DNA from: Raillietiella orientalis
Lineage: Eukaryota
NCBI GenBank assembly: GCA_036172245.1
Contig: JAYWIR010000010.1
Coordinates: 4,092,001 to 4,156,000, forward strand
DNA length: 64,000 nucleotides
Reading direction: 5' to 3'
Shown: piece by piece, positions 50,404-64,000 of the stretch
Layout: each line of letters begins with the position of its first letter
Position numbering within the stretch: position 1 is the stretch's first letter
The notes under the pieces: model-generated
The model's database searches: none
Told to the model about the DNA's origin: nothing
Seen by the model: the letters and a program-made list of their open reading frames with translations, nothing else
Position numbers and translations under genes: made by a program

Positions 50404-52500
50404 AGCCAGATGGAGGCGCGCGCTCGTCTTCCAGCCTCTCAGATAGGCCGCACAGCCCATGCGGTCCTTTCCTTAGGACGCGAGGTGACCGTGGAGTTGA
50501 TTCGCATGGCATCAGAGAGTTTTCGTCTGCGTTGACGGTACGATCGCTCGACCCTCCCTGATGCGCCTCGCTTTTGCGCGGCATTTGCGCTCTCCACGTG
50601 TTCCCACCAAATCTTCGAGTCCGTGTCCATCGTGGCAGGAGCTGCAGTGCTCCGTCAACAACGTCGTTCCCTATTCACCTGAACTCGGCATCGCGAATGA
50701 TGTAGAGAAAAGTGCCTTGGGGGTGCTGCATGCATGTGCTACACTCGCCGAGCCACGAGAAGACTGCAGCACTCTCCCACTGATTGCAATGCCAATGCCT
50801 GAGGTCTATACTCTTTTTCCATACTCTTTGGAACAAAGCAGAATGGAGTCCTTCCACGAGTTACTTTACCGACGGAAATGAGAAAACAGGGTTACGATGG
50901 CTGACCTGGGTGATGAAGCACTCGTGTGAACTTGACTCCCTCAACGCAGGCGCAGACGAAAAACAAACATGACTGGATCCAGCTCCTCGGCAGAGCAACC
51001 CAACCGAACATGATTCCTCTCTCCTCCCCTTTGGAGCTTCATGAGCTAAGAAATTCCCACCCCAACGTTGGGCACGTGAATTCTGGGGGTTCCGATCAAA
51101 TTCCTGGTGACTGGAAACCGAGTCCAAGACTCTCGCAAACCTAGATGGTTGGGTGTCGTTCCCGTGTCCCACAATTCGATGCTGGATGTGGGGCAGCTCC
51201 AACGAGAAAATATGTAGCAAGCGGTCTTCTAGCTCCTCTCCTCTCAGAAGCTTCTCTTCCTGCCTCGTTGGACCGGCGGCAACCCCGTTCCAGAATACAA
51301 CACAGCACGACGAATTGCTTGTCCTGAGAAGTAAATGGTCGTGCCTCCACCATGTGAAGATCGGTGCGGTCTTTCTCCTCTGACACTGAGTTTCCGCTCT
51401 CAGAGAACCGAAACTATGGTTGGCGTACGCACAGAAAAAAAAAAAAAGTCTTTTTTCATTCGGATTCAGCACACCTTGAGTTACCACCATGATGCTCGAG
51501 ATCCAAGATGCTCTCCGCGAAGGAGAAGACACCACCAGGCTCGAGCTGAACACCTGAAAGCCTCAGCTGCTCTGTCCGAGAAGCAACGCCGGCTTCTTCC
51601 GTTTCCGACAAGAGGCAATCACAGCCTACTCTGAGGAACTTCGCCTCGGGCGCCCCTGAAACGCGCGCAGGCAATCACGATCCTCGCCCTGCGAGACGAA
51701 GGATTCGCTCGAGTGGACCACCTTTATCCGCAAGGTGAGCAGCCACGAAATGAGAAGACAAGGGTGGAAAGCAGCAGCTCGTCGAACGAATTCGCCCAGG
51801 AGTGGGGAGATCTGTAGCCGCTCCCGGCCCATCGTCAGAGGACTTTCTTGAAAGCTGAAGCTCGGACTGCAGGATACACGAGCGCCCGGCGGGCCAATTT
51901 TCGTAAGAAGAATCGGCGCTGTGGCATGAAGCAAACGTTGGGTTACGGTGCCCGATGCGACGCTCATCAGATCCAATGAAAGGTGCACAGCAGGACGGTG
52001 GCCGTGGAAGTCGGAATCCGCTCAGGAGTGTGTGACGACTCACCTGCCGAAGCAACCGGCCCTGAAGATGGATGGCTCTCGAGCGTCCAGCCTGCGCCCA
52101 ACAGCCGGGACAGAACCGTTCCTGCCTTCCGGCACACCGCTGCTGGAGGACGCAAGGTTCCTCAGGTTCCGGCGAGTAGGACGGTCACGGCGGTGCTCGC
52201 AGAAGGAGGGTTTGGGCGCGAGCTCGCCTGTAGCCGCCGTCGGCACAGATCTTGGCGGTAGTAGCAAACAATCCGGTGAGATCTTGGAGGTCTGATGTGG
52301 ACAAGGGTTCCATGCGAACAGTCTTTGGGCACGGTCCCCAGTCGATCCCAAGTCCCAGGAGAAATCTGTCGTGTAATGCGGGTGGCAGTGCCTCACTGCA
52401 TTCGAACGTTGCGCGAATCGGGGAGAAAGGGAATCCGGTACGTATTTCAGAGGCTGGCGTCGCAAAGGCCTGACTGCCCGATCGCTCTTTGGAGATTCAT
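50404..52500 (-). mobile_element. Second copy of the RT-CCHC part of relic A
   Basis: 50404-52356 equals 22405-24357 (offset 27999) with about 4 substitutions seen. It continues into an SPG-like motif (ISPGTWD) at ~52360. Confidence 0.9.
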
Positions 52501-53599
52501 CTTCATTACTTTAGAAGTGATGAAATACTATCCATGTTGCAATTCTAGCACTAGAAAAAGAGCAATCCTACCCAAAATTCTCAACGCCTCATCTCAAAAA
52601 TTGCAGGATTGCAGTTCATAGAATTCACTGTTTAGTAACGATCAAAAATACTAATGTGTCACGAGTTTAACAAGACTAACTACATGTATACTGAAGAGCT
52701 AGCTATAAAAACGAATATTTTTTTAAGCAACGTACAGCTCTAGTATTCACAAAGAATTCTTGATTCGCTTATAAGTAAAGAATCTCGCCATTTCCATCAA
52801 CATTCAGAATTGCTGAAGGATGACCTGGAATCATGGAAAACGCAGTAATAAAAGAGCAACTGAAAGATTTAGGTGAATAAATGAGATGTTCGGTCTTCAG
52901 TTTGCTGGGCAAAAGAGAAAGGAGTCGTTTCGTTGAAATTTTCCAAAAAGAAGAATACCATGTACAATGAATATAATTATGGAATGCTTCATAGAACCAG
53001 CCCGGCAAATGTTCACAAAAATGGGAACTGGTAAAGAGAAGTCTGGTTGCTGCTGATTGAAAACATGCATAGAAAATATATGAGCAGCTCTTCAATAATC
53101 AAAACGCCAAGTTGCACCATCATTAACCTTACCAAGCTCTGCCAATTTCGTTTAGACAATTAAAGAAGCTGATGCAGAGTTGGAAAAGATAAATGAGATG
53201 GACACTACATAGAACTAGCAGAAACCTGATGAAAATATTGAACCACAGAATCAAAGCAATTGAGCATTACCAAGCATGGAAGATTGAGGGTATCTCTACA
53301 GCCTCTAAGGAGGAGTACTTAATTTTATTTTACAAATAATAACTTACAAATTTTTAATACCTATATATTAAACCAAAACTTTTCATCAACGAGATACCAA
53401 TATTAATTTGACGCCTACATTTAACCGCGACTGCTGGTACGTATATTAGCAAAATTTCTCGGTCACCACCAATTCAAATCGCTCTGATAATCAAAATTAA
53501 ATGCTGCATAATTCACCTTTAAAATGATCCACCGCGACACTTGTCACGTTGATCCATGGTGATCCATGATCTTTCCCTCATGAGTCGAGGACTTTTTCG

Positions 53600-56500
53600 T
53601 TTACCTGTGGTTCTTGAGCAAGTCCAAAATTTTTTGGAGCCGTAGCGAAACGGGACATCTCAAGGAGAAGCACCTCATGACACAGTATCTCCGTAACAGC
53701 CAAAACGGGCACACGAAGACGAGGTGCCCGAAGGCGGCTAGCAGGAACTCAACCTCAGTGAAGAAAGCGAAGTTTCATGTCGAGGTTTCCACGGAAGGAA
53801 AAAAGAACCTGTAGGAACCTCCCTTCTCACCCGATCACTCTGAGGCGTTTCCTTCTTTGAAAGTAAGCTTGCAAAAAACTGGGAGAGGATTTGCCACGGG
53901 AAACGGACGTAAGTCCGCGGATCGGACGAGCAGAGACTCCGTAACGAAAGGGAGGGACGACAAAAAAAATATAGTCTTTGGTATAGGCCGTTCCTTCCTC
54001 TCTACAGCCTTCTGGAGATGTGGGCGAGCTCTCTGGCGGCTTCTTGAAGCAAGTGGGGTCAACTCGCTGCAGCTCTCACAAAGACAGCGGCTGCTAGGCG
54101 GGTGACTTCCCCGTTGCTGCGAACGTATCTCCAAGGGATCCCAAGAAGGAGACCATGCCAAGCCAACGCTGCAACCATTGAGCACACAGAAACCGAAGGA
54201 GCACCGCAGAGAATCTTCCGTGTTCTACGGGTGCAGCAGCGCTGCCGCCAGCCGCTGCCCCACTTCTTGGAGGCACCACAGTCCAACCAACAGGTACGGG
54301 AACGATTCGACAGCCCCGCGTCTCGGAGAGTGACGGCCGCGCGGAGACGCAACAGATTGTCGCGGTCACTGAGCCTGTCGAGAATCCGCCGTGCGCGAAG
54401 AATAGCTGCTGCAGGTCACGGTTTGATTATCATCCGGTCATGCCGAGGCCTTTTTCTTGCGTAGAGTAATGAAAAATACATCGGTGTGGTGGAGTCCTTT
54501 GTTCTACCACGTGCAATGAACCTGCCGAAGAGCGGTATGCAGAACGGCGAGGTCCGCTTCGGTGGTGTGTGGGAAAGGAAAACAAAAAACGGGGGAGGCG
54601 ATATTTTACATGGGGAAGGGGGGGAGGGAAACCAAGGAGGGAATCACAGTACGCTGCCCGGCGTCCTCTGTAGCCTTTTCGGGATGCTGCCAAGTTCTAT
54701 CCGTGTCTCGCACAAGTAGGGCCATCTCGAGGCGATCTTCAGAAAGTTCTGCGCTCCCAGTGGGTGGCGTCCCATTTCGGCCTCTCCTTCTGGCATTCTA
54801 GGCAGCCGTGATCTCACGTAGACAGCAGAGAACTGCGAGGGACACGGCCGGTGGCAGTGGGGCACGCATGAAGAGGCGTTTCATGATGTCCCTGGGGCTG
54901 CTTGCCGGGATCCGTAGGGCCGTCGCGAGGTGTTCCCGAAGGGGCCGGAGGGCAACACGATCCACGGGCAGACGTGGAAGGGTTTCTCTTTCCCCGCACC
55001 TGTCGCAGCTCGAGTCCGCACTCCCCCTGGTCCAATGGTGCGGGCATGCTTTGCATGGGAACCAGCGACGTCGACTCCCGCTACTTTGAGGGGAGGGTGG
55101 AGCTGCACGACGGGCAACTGTCCGGAAGTGATGAGGCACGCGGCGCACGCGTACTACCTGTCCCCCTCTGCATAGGACCCTCGCAGCGATTTCCGCCGGA
55201 AGGCTCTCCCACGATTGGAGAAGAGTTGTGCGGGAGCCTCGGAGAACGTTTGCGGCGGGCTGCACCGCCGCCGTCAGGAAGAAGAGAGAGGTGTTAACGT
55301 CAAGAGGAGACGAAGTTTCTCTGAGGAGGTGCCCCCCTGGCGCACCAACCCGTAACTCTGATTCGGCAAACGGCGAAGCGTCCAACTCACCCCGGATATG
55401 GAAGCCAGATCTCCCCCTGAAAAGAGACCTTCGCATCGTGGACAATCGGCCTGCGATTGCTTCGGTATGCTCTAAACGCCAAACTGCGGCGCGTGGCTGC
55501 GGCCCCCGAGTGCGAGGTACCAGGCGTCGTGGTCCCACCCAGGGAGATGTAGGTGCCGAGAGTAGGGGGTGTGTCGTGGTTGGCCATCTGCAAGATGGCG
55601 CTGGTTGGCCTGTATCCGGATGAGGCACTGGTGTTCGCCGGGACGTTCCCTAAAAAAAAAAATGAACATTTACAATTTGGATCGATGGACCAGTGGCCCA
55701 ACCACGTCCTTTTTGTATACACCCTGCCGTTTTACCGGTTCGCAGATTGGTGAGGTCCACCACGGCAGCAGAGGGGAGGGACCCAACAAAAAAAAAAGAT
55801 AAACAAAATAAAAATAGAACAATTTTCAAAGAGGGAGGGCGGGTCGGGAAGAGATCACAGTCTGCTGGTGGCGGTCCTCTGCATCCTTTGGAGGATGCCG
55901 GCAATGTCTTGCTTTATATAAATGTCCAGGTGGGACCATCTAACCTATATCCGTAGAAGGCGAAAAGCAAAGTGAATGGCGTCCCTCTTGTTCGGTCCTC
56001 CTTCAGTCGTCGTCGTCCCTCCACGCCGCCACGATCCCGTGGAGACAGCAAAGTGCTGCAAGGGCTGCGTCTGGCTGCAGAACATCCCACACAAAGAAGA
56101 GTCCTATAACGTCCATGGGGTTGCCGCTGGGGGTTCCATCGGTAGCAGCAAAGCGTCCCCAAAGGGGCCAGATGGAAACACAGTCCACTGAGAGGTGCGG
56201 GAGGAATTCACGCTCCCCGCAACTTGCATAGTTTGGGTCCACACACACCTCATGTCTAGTGATGCTGGCGTGCGTTGCACGGGAGGTCCCAGTGCAGTAG
56301 CATCAACGCCGACTCCTGCCACTTCAAGGGAAGGGTATGGATGTTCATGAGCACCGGGGGTCACTGCAGATCTTCCTCCGGAGGTCCCAGTAGCTCGCTC
56401 TAGCGCAACAGTCCTGGAGGGGAACACTTGGGGTCGCAGCGTCTGTCAGCTGACCGTCGTCCACTCGCCTTGTTTTTCCCTTCTACCGGATATTTCGGCA

Positions 56501-59000
56501 CTGACTTCCCATTTTTCCGCGAGTTTGCTACCCGTGTTCCCTAAAGAAGGTCAGCGAGGCGGCGAGGGAGCACTGGTGGAAGTCGGAAACCGGATGCCCC
56601 CGATTAGTGGCTGGGATTGGCAGTCGACCCTCCGGGGTACTTCCAGGAAGCTAAATCAAGGAATGGAGGTTCCCTTCGGGGTTTTCCTCCGGTTGTGCAA
56701 AGGAGTCGTCCCTCCCCCCTCGTGGATGGACTCTCCGTCTCGTATCATGTAGCTGGTGGATTGATCACGCCTCTCCAGAGTACGAAGAAGTGCGCTGCTC
56801 CCTTCGGAGAGCGCTCTTCAGAAAAAATTGGGAAGCGTCCCTTCGGTGTTCTCTTCAGAGGAAAAAACAGGAAACGGATCCCTTGCGGGTTCCCTCCAGA
56901 GAAGAAACAAAGGAACAGTCCCTTCCGGAGAGAGTAGGAAAGGGTTTCCCTTAGAGGATCCCTCCCAAGCGTGAGGGGAAGCCCTTCTTGGATTCATAGG
57001 GTGGTCAACCCCCGGAGTACCCCATATATTGAAGAATCACACGCTCCCTCGGGTGGTGTGGAACAGCCTTAAAGAGCTGCGTGAGCCGCCAAAGCGCGCG
57101 ACGGTTCTTGAGGTACTTGGCGAACCCCAAAAAAGAAAAAGAAAACCGTGGCATTGGCGCAGACTCTCTGATCAGTCTGGAGCAGAAGCACGCTGTTGAA
57201 ATTCGGAGATCCTCACAGACTTGATGGCTCCGTGTCGGGACTGATACTGGAGAGTATGGAGCTACTGCTCCAATCCAGGATACTGACAATGGTGGTTAGA
57301 TACTGGAACACGAGCTGGTGTCTCCCATCACGCCTTCCCTCGATGCGGGTGACCGTCGGCTAAGGACTAGAGAGTTTACTTTCGACCAGACCACCGAAGT
57401 TTGGTCCAATACGGGTTTCCTGCTTCGACAAATGACCACTTCGGTGAAGGAGCACCCTAAATCTCCTGCAGCCCCTACCAACTCACATGCTTGATGGCAG
57501 GAGACAGCTGGACGCAGTTCACGGGAACCAGACCACAGTGCATCGGATCATGGCGACATGTCGGCGAGTGTATCCCAGACAACGCCGCACGAAACCTGAG
57601 GAAATTGGCCTAAGCCTCTGCCATCCATCTCGGCTCAGCGCTATCTTTTCCACGGGAGACGAATGACAATAACAGAATGCCAGGCCAGTTGATCTGAGAT
57701 GTTGCAGTTGACAAGAAACTCCTTGGCGGTTGTTCGACAGACTCTCAAGCGCCCGTCCCAAAGGACTACTCCGCTGTGCAGATTTTTTTCTTTCCTGAAT
57801 TCCCCTCGAAGACTTGGAGATCCCCTCGGCTTTCACGGACAGCTTCACGTTTCCCGTCAGGTGGCAACACTTGGCGATGCTTGTCTGGCAATTAGCTCTC
57901 CCGTGCAATGCTCACCGGCATCGCTGTATCAGGGGGAGTGTGCAAGGTGCGGAGAATTTGATTCCTTCCCGTACCCACCATTGGTTGTGCCGTCCGGCAC
58001 CGATGGAAACGGAAGCAGCAGCGGCTCTCCTGTACTCGGAGAATGCACCCAGAGACGTATTGATACACGAAGGATTGCTGCCTTCCACGGCGTTCACAAA
58101 ACTGCTGCCTCCCCGGCATAGTTGCAGCACAAAGAGCTCGGAAAGAGGACCGTGCGACAAACTCCATCCTCGATAAGGAGAACACCGAAATGACCCACCC
58201 GTGAAAGAATGCCAGGAACTGCATCCTGTGAAGGGTGCAGAAGACGTTCACGGATAACCAAGCACTCTTCTCCATAGATATCTATTTTTTATTTCTTTAT
58301 TTGTTCTTTTCTTTCCTTCTTCTCTGAAAGGATCTAGGCAAGAAGCCGACTTGCTTATCAGCAGCTCCTCCTAAACAGTTTGGACTTGCATAAGATCCAG
58401 AATCCTACCATATATCCTTTGGGGGGGGGGGGGGGATCACAATGCACGCCCTAGCAACACTGATTGCCAACATTCCCGCGTGTGTTGTTGTTGATTTTCA
58501 CGCTTCGGGGGGGAGGGGAGGGATGCTTTTCCCTCTCATGATGGAAGTCTCGAGCGTTTGCCAGACGGAAGCGCATGTCCACCCGTTGCCCACCGCTTTA
58601 GGATATGCAGTTTCCGCATATGCAGCTTTAGCGGCAGTTTCCCAACCGTCTTCGGGCATATGCCCGGGTGTGACAGAATTGGCTGCACTGAAGCCACCGC
58701 ATCTTTATTCCAAGTGCCCCACCTCACTGCAATGCTTGCCCATCTTCCTTACGAACCACTGGTGGATTTCCAGCCTGCAGTTTGTAGGAAGCGTCACGCG
58801 CACGGCTACGAGCTCGCTGTGTACATCTTCAGGGTTTCTGAAGGGTTTGGGCTTGCGCCACAGTAGGTGGGCTGTGAATAAGATTTTGACTTACCAGTCA
58901 GTGATTCTGAGGTAATCTCCAGAGGCGAACTATAAACGAGTAGTCCTTAATGAGTCGGAGAACCTCTCTTCCTCCGATGCTGACCAGGATCCGCATAAGG
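53600..59000 (+). mobile_element. Head-to-tail array of three R2-like 5' modules, followed by RT remnants
   Basis: Units start near 53.6, 54.45 and 55.5 kb. ZF remnants are FP..CER (~54110), PKGPEGNTIH.QT..GF (~54935) and PKGPDGNTVH*EV..EF (~56158). RT-like GDPLGF (~57820) and EFDSFP (~57955) follow. Confidence 0.6.
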
Positions 59001-60801
59001 CGTTGCACGAAGGTGTTTACAAGCGAGTACCCTCCCCCCTCTCCCCCCTGAAAAAAGTGCTTCCGCTCAGCAGCATCAAAAACTCGAGGTCCACCACATT
59101 AAATGGAATACTGTTGAGTGGTTGGCCCAACTCGCGCACAACATTGCAATCCATGATGGCTAGCTAACTTCGAAGCGAAGTCCCGGGCTTGTAGCCTGGG
59201 CTATATTGGTTGGCTGTCACTGCAATTTATCAAATATTCTGACAAATGCTAAAATGATGAACTTTTTACACCTAAATATAAACAATATATTGAATCTTCA
59301 GGAAAAAACAAATTGTGAATAGCGAAAAAAGCAAATATATAAATCTGAAAATTTGATAAAATTAAAAAATTCCGAATATCTGTCAAGGATACCAAAGTAC
59401 ACGACAAAAGCTACCAGAAACAGCGCTTTCCTGCCACTTCTTTATTATGCAAAGTTTAATAGAAATGAAGTACTCTCGAGAAATAATAAAGGAATAACTG
59501 GCCAGAGTAGATAACACTTCTCCATTATTATATTGGCTATAATAATTAGCGCTAATTATTAATACTGCTCCATTTTAAATGTTAATCTGTATTTTAAAGA
59601 TTTTTTCTTGCGATTTATTTCAAAGAAATTGAAATTCGACCTTTCTGTCCATCCTCATCGAGGTGCATAGTGCGATGATCCTCTCTGCACCTTTCTATCA
59701 AAGAGAATTCCGTTCACTGCATCCTCAAAGTATTTCTCGAACGGGGATTGCAGGCATTTCTCCACACTGGAACGAAAGGTTTATTCCCAACCTTTCCGAT
59801 TTTGAGTGCTGTTTCTCGTGGTACGGAGATACCATCCCGATGATTTCACACGCCAGGAGGAAATGGAAACCCTAAACGCGTTCCTTATAGGAATAAAGAA
59901 TAGAGCATCAGTTTGTGAGAGTAGTGGAAGACTTGAGAAGAAAAGCCGTTAGGAGTATTGCAGTCATATGTCAATTTCTGTTTTAGAGGATAATTCCGAT
60001 TTCTTTCATCCTCAAATATAAATTAGTTTATAAATTTAAACTAATCCCAAGAGGTTTTAAAGAAAATAAATAATTTGCTCATTTATCCAATAGCATGCTC
60101 TCTTCTCATGATAATTTTAGGTGGAACACTTTAATTATTGGAACAGTTGATTTCATATTTTTCTCTGCATCCCCGAAATCGAGGATTTCCTGCTCACTGG
60201 TTCTCACAACATGCATTTTCTTTTTGTGTTTTTTAGCAATGCACAATTTTCATTCTCCGAGATAATAATTCAACATTTTATTAGACTCATCATTTTGTTT
60301 TGGGGGGAACGCGTATTTTGAATACTTGTGGAATGAAAGCGTGGATTTCACGCGGGCGTGCACCATCTTGAAAACGAAATTTTCCGCGAGCTTCTGGCAA
60401 TAACGACGAGCCTTTGTACATCGCAGACGCTGTCTTGAGGAACGGAGAATCTTCCGGTTGCAGCAGAGAGAACCAGCATCTTGCTATAATCTGAAATCGA
60501 CGTTTGCAGTCATCGCCTTTATTTTATTTCATACAAATCTGAAAGCTGATGGAGGCAATTAATGTAGATTTTGATCACGGTCACCTAAAAACTCTGAGAA
60601 TTTTTCTGAATGGGATTAAAAGCTATCAACGAATAGCAATCCACCGACGAATGCCAATTGAGACTTGATAGAACAGTGTATTATACGATTATAAGGCATA
60701 ATTTTTTGACTACAAAATGATTTTAATATTATGGTATGTTTTTGGTGTATGTACCTCTGCGTGCTGTGGACGTACTTGTGCTTAGTGTACAATTACAATT
60801 C

Positions 60802-60839
<38 letters not shown>

Positions 60840-63800
60840 TATTTTACATTTTCTTGACGCGGATTTGGAATTTCCACTGCAATTCTATGGAATATCGAGT
60901 TAAAACAGATGAAATGCGATTTCACATCAACATTAAAAACTAACACCGGTAATTTGAGAATTCTAGTGATTTTCAAGTGATCCATAGCTCCCGTGAATGT
61001 TTGTCGGTTGGGGAACACGGAATGGTGGGTTCTGATAGGAAACCAGGAACTAAATAACAGGGGTGAAAAAAATTTGAAAGACAAAATCGAAAAAATCACG
61101 TACAGCACTTGGATCCGTTGTTACTGCGATATGCGATGGTCATCACTTGCAAATGATTTTTTAACTTTCATCTGTTTCTACATTTCTAATAAATTTATTC
61201 ATTAACACTTTGCTTATGCGATCCGATGTTTTCTTTGAACCCAAAGGATGGTTGGCATGGGAGAGTGTGTTCTCTTGCATGTAAGGTTTTCGAGATTTTC
61301 TTCCATCGCATTACATTTTACCTAAGGAATGATTCTTGTCTGATAAGCGTTCTTCGCTTTTCAATTTTTTTTTTTTGTGTGTGATTTGGAATTGCCATTT
61401 TCAATCAAATCCGCTGCCTCCCATTGGACGAACTGTTCTAATTCCAAATGACACTAAAAATTCACTGCTATTACAAAACAGAATCAACATTTTACTTGAA
61501 TCTTTATTTTGAAAATTGTCATTTCACTCCGCATGATAAGTTTCCTAAGGCAATAGAATGTTTCTGTTGCAGTTAGGAAAATTTATATGCGAAATCTGCA
61601 AAATAATCCCTGGCACTGCGATAATCAGTCAAAGAAAAGGCAGTATTCATTTGTTAAACCCTACTATTCCCTATGAATAGTAGTAGTTCAGTGCACTGGA
61701 TTGAAGTGCAACTGAATCATTGCTGAGCTCTCAAGTCTACCAGAAAAAGTAAACTGCCAGCAACTTACCAAGAAGGCTTGTTCAATTTCAGATTTTGCTC
61801 ATTCCAATCATGATTACTTTCTGTTATGTCCTGCATAATCTCCAGCATGCTTTCTAGACCTTGGCCCAAGTTCCTCTTAAGTTTCGTAATATCATCATTT
61901 TCGATGAACAAACTCATTACCTGATAATCAGACAAACCACAGGTATCGATTATACTCAGTACACAAAATACTTATTATACAAGTTATGGTACCAGCATTT
62001 CCAATAAGTCAAAAGACGGTCTGCTTAATTGAGTGCATGAATATTCAACAGTTTGTTCTATGATACCGAAATTGTATTCCTTTCCTCCCCCATTTCCGGA
62101 GCATTTATTTTTTCAGCAAAAGTTCCTACCTTCAATCGATACTGCTCCCATGGATTTTCAGGATAAAAAATAACGTTTTTTTTCCGATAATTCTGAATGG
62201 CATCTCACTGGATGTGCACTGAAATGCTTGTTGGCGACGGAAAATTTTGTAATCTGAGTAATCCTTTGTCATACTAATCCCACACTATGACCAAGGATAA
62301 CTTAAGTAGCAGTTTCGGTTCTGATTATGTATTGTTCATAATTACTAGCAAGGATCATCCATCCAAATTCACGTATTACACGCAGTCCATCCATCAGGCA
62401 GTCCATTTATCAGGCATACGAATGGAAGCCGCTTTTTCAACATATCCGAAACCCTCGAGACAAAAGTGCTCAGAACTGATCTGTAATTTTGCAGTGCTGA
62501 AAGCCCTGGAAAGCCACCACTGGTCATCACTGGACGAGTGTCAGCAGGTCTTCCTCCCCAGCTTCCAGGGCACAGACGTCTGCTGCTCAGACAGCAAGCA
62601 GTAGAAGATCAGGAGGGAAAAATTGGGCGGAAAAACCATGGGCGGCGCCCAAGTATAAATGGAATAAGAGGAATCTCATCGAGAAATCAAAGGCAAATCC
62701 AAAAAGGGATGCACCCGAATGGACGGTGTAATTTGGCTAATTTGATTACTCGTCAGATTTTCGGACGGATTCGAAAGGATTTGGTCTTGCAAACAAAAAA
62801 TGGACAAATCAAATCTCAGCGATTTCAACTTTCCGTTGGGAGAGAAGAAAAAAAAAAAAGGGCCAAGCCGTTTTTGATGGTTTGCATAATGCCTTTCTGG
62901 GAGTATTCTATGGAAACATTGAAATAATAGCAGACGCCTGAAAGGCGAAAATCAAGTTTTAGGAATCTCATTTGGTTTTCCGAATCCGATGCCTTCCTTG
63001 GTCCTTCAGGATGTGAAGCATTTCGACCCCTGCAGATGTGAAGAGGAACGAACCAAACCCTTCATTCACTTTCGGCTACAAATATTTGCAATTGATGAAT
63101 TGATAGATCGGATTTTGTTATTCCGTTTCAAAGAGATGATCCAAACCCAACGAATCTTTTGACTGGAAAAGATGCTTCTAGTCAACAGTCAAAATGTTAA
63201 AAGGTTCTTTTGAGGCTAAATGATAAGAAAATGACTTGTCAATCCATCAGTACGGTAAGCGTAAGTAAAATGAAAAGATGTTTTCAACGGACAATCTGGA
63301 TCATGTTTCATGCTAGACAAAAAATTTTATATAATATAAAGAACGCATAGCGTCACTTTTCGAACCATAAATTCATAATAATTAAGAAAGAAAACTCTTG
63401 AGTTATTCTGATTCATTAAAAAAGTTTCCCATTTGCGGCGATCGAAATTTTTGAAAAACCCATTCATAATATCAGTAAACCACATGAAACCACAATGAAG
63501 TGTACCGCATGTTGGAGAAGTTGTTGTTGGAACAACCATATTATCTTTGTCTACCATCAACTCAGTCAAACCACAAATTGACATTTAACGATAACCTCCT
63601 AACCCTGAAACACTGTAGGCTTAATGATTTTGCGCGCTGCTCTCGAAGTACACAAGAAAATCAGTACATTAGTTCGACACAACGAGTAGGGTCATTCATC
63701 GATGGGCTTCAAAAAAACGAACAAAACACATTCAGTTTGAAATTACGGTACCTCATTTTGCTCCTTGCTTGTCTGATCGTTTAAATCATCGATCTCTTTC

Positions 63801-64000
63801 TGCAGTAGATCAAGTTGAGTCGTCACAGTAGTTAGAAATGCCTTCATGCTATTAATGTTGTTCTTAGCCTTAGAAAAGAAAAGAAATAAAACATTCGAAA
63901 ATAATACCGTATCGCTTTATGCTCGTACATTTGCTCCAATTCGAAAAACACATTTTCGAGTCGTTTCAATAGACCTTACAGTGCAAAACGATAAAACACT

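Noticed and set aside
52790..53020. Transposase-like remnant (LKDDLESW..EKGV)
   Set aside because: Two short motifs with stops and no termini; too weak to call.

Overview
This is eukaryotic, invertebrate-like genomic DNA; the very short introns suggest a nematode, but the taxon cannot be established from the window. It contains one clearly intact housekeeping gene, WDR36/UTP21 (minus strand, 15 exons, about 894 aa, eleven 40-57 nt introns, one GC-AG intron). It also contains a small minus-strand ORF with the layout of a secreted peptide precursor ending in a GBP/ENF- or secapin-like two-cysteine motif, and a probable class C GPCR pseudogene. Most of the rest is decayed mobile DNA. This includes clusters of R2-superfamily (RLE-type) non-LTR retrotransposon relics at about 2.5-5.2, 22-39.5 and 50-59 kb, several CR1/L2-like LINE relics, two hAT (Buster/Charlie-type) MITEs, and a RING-finger relic inside the GC-rich cluster. 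Structural oddities are a near-identical 1.95-kb duplication 28 kb apart, a ~0.7-kb inverted repeat, and six reiterated retroelement 5' modules, two of them preceded by a tRNA-like segment. All family calls are by-eye motif recognition across frameshifts, with no database searches, and relic boundaries are approximate.
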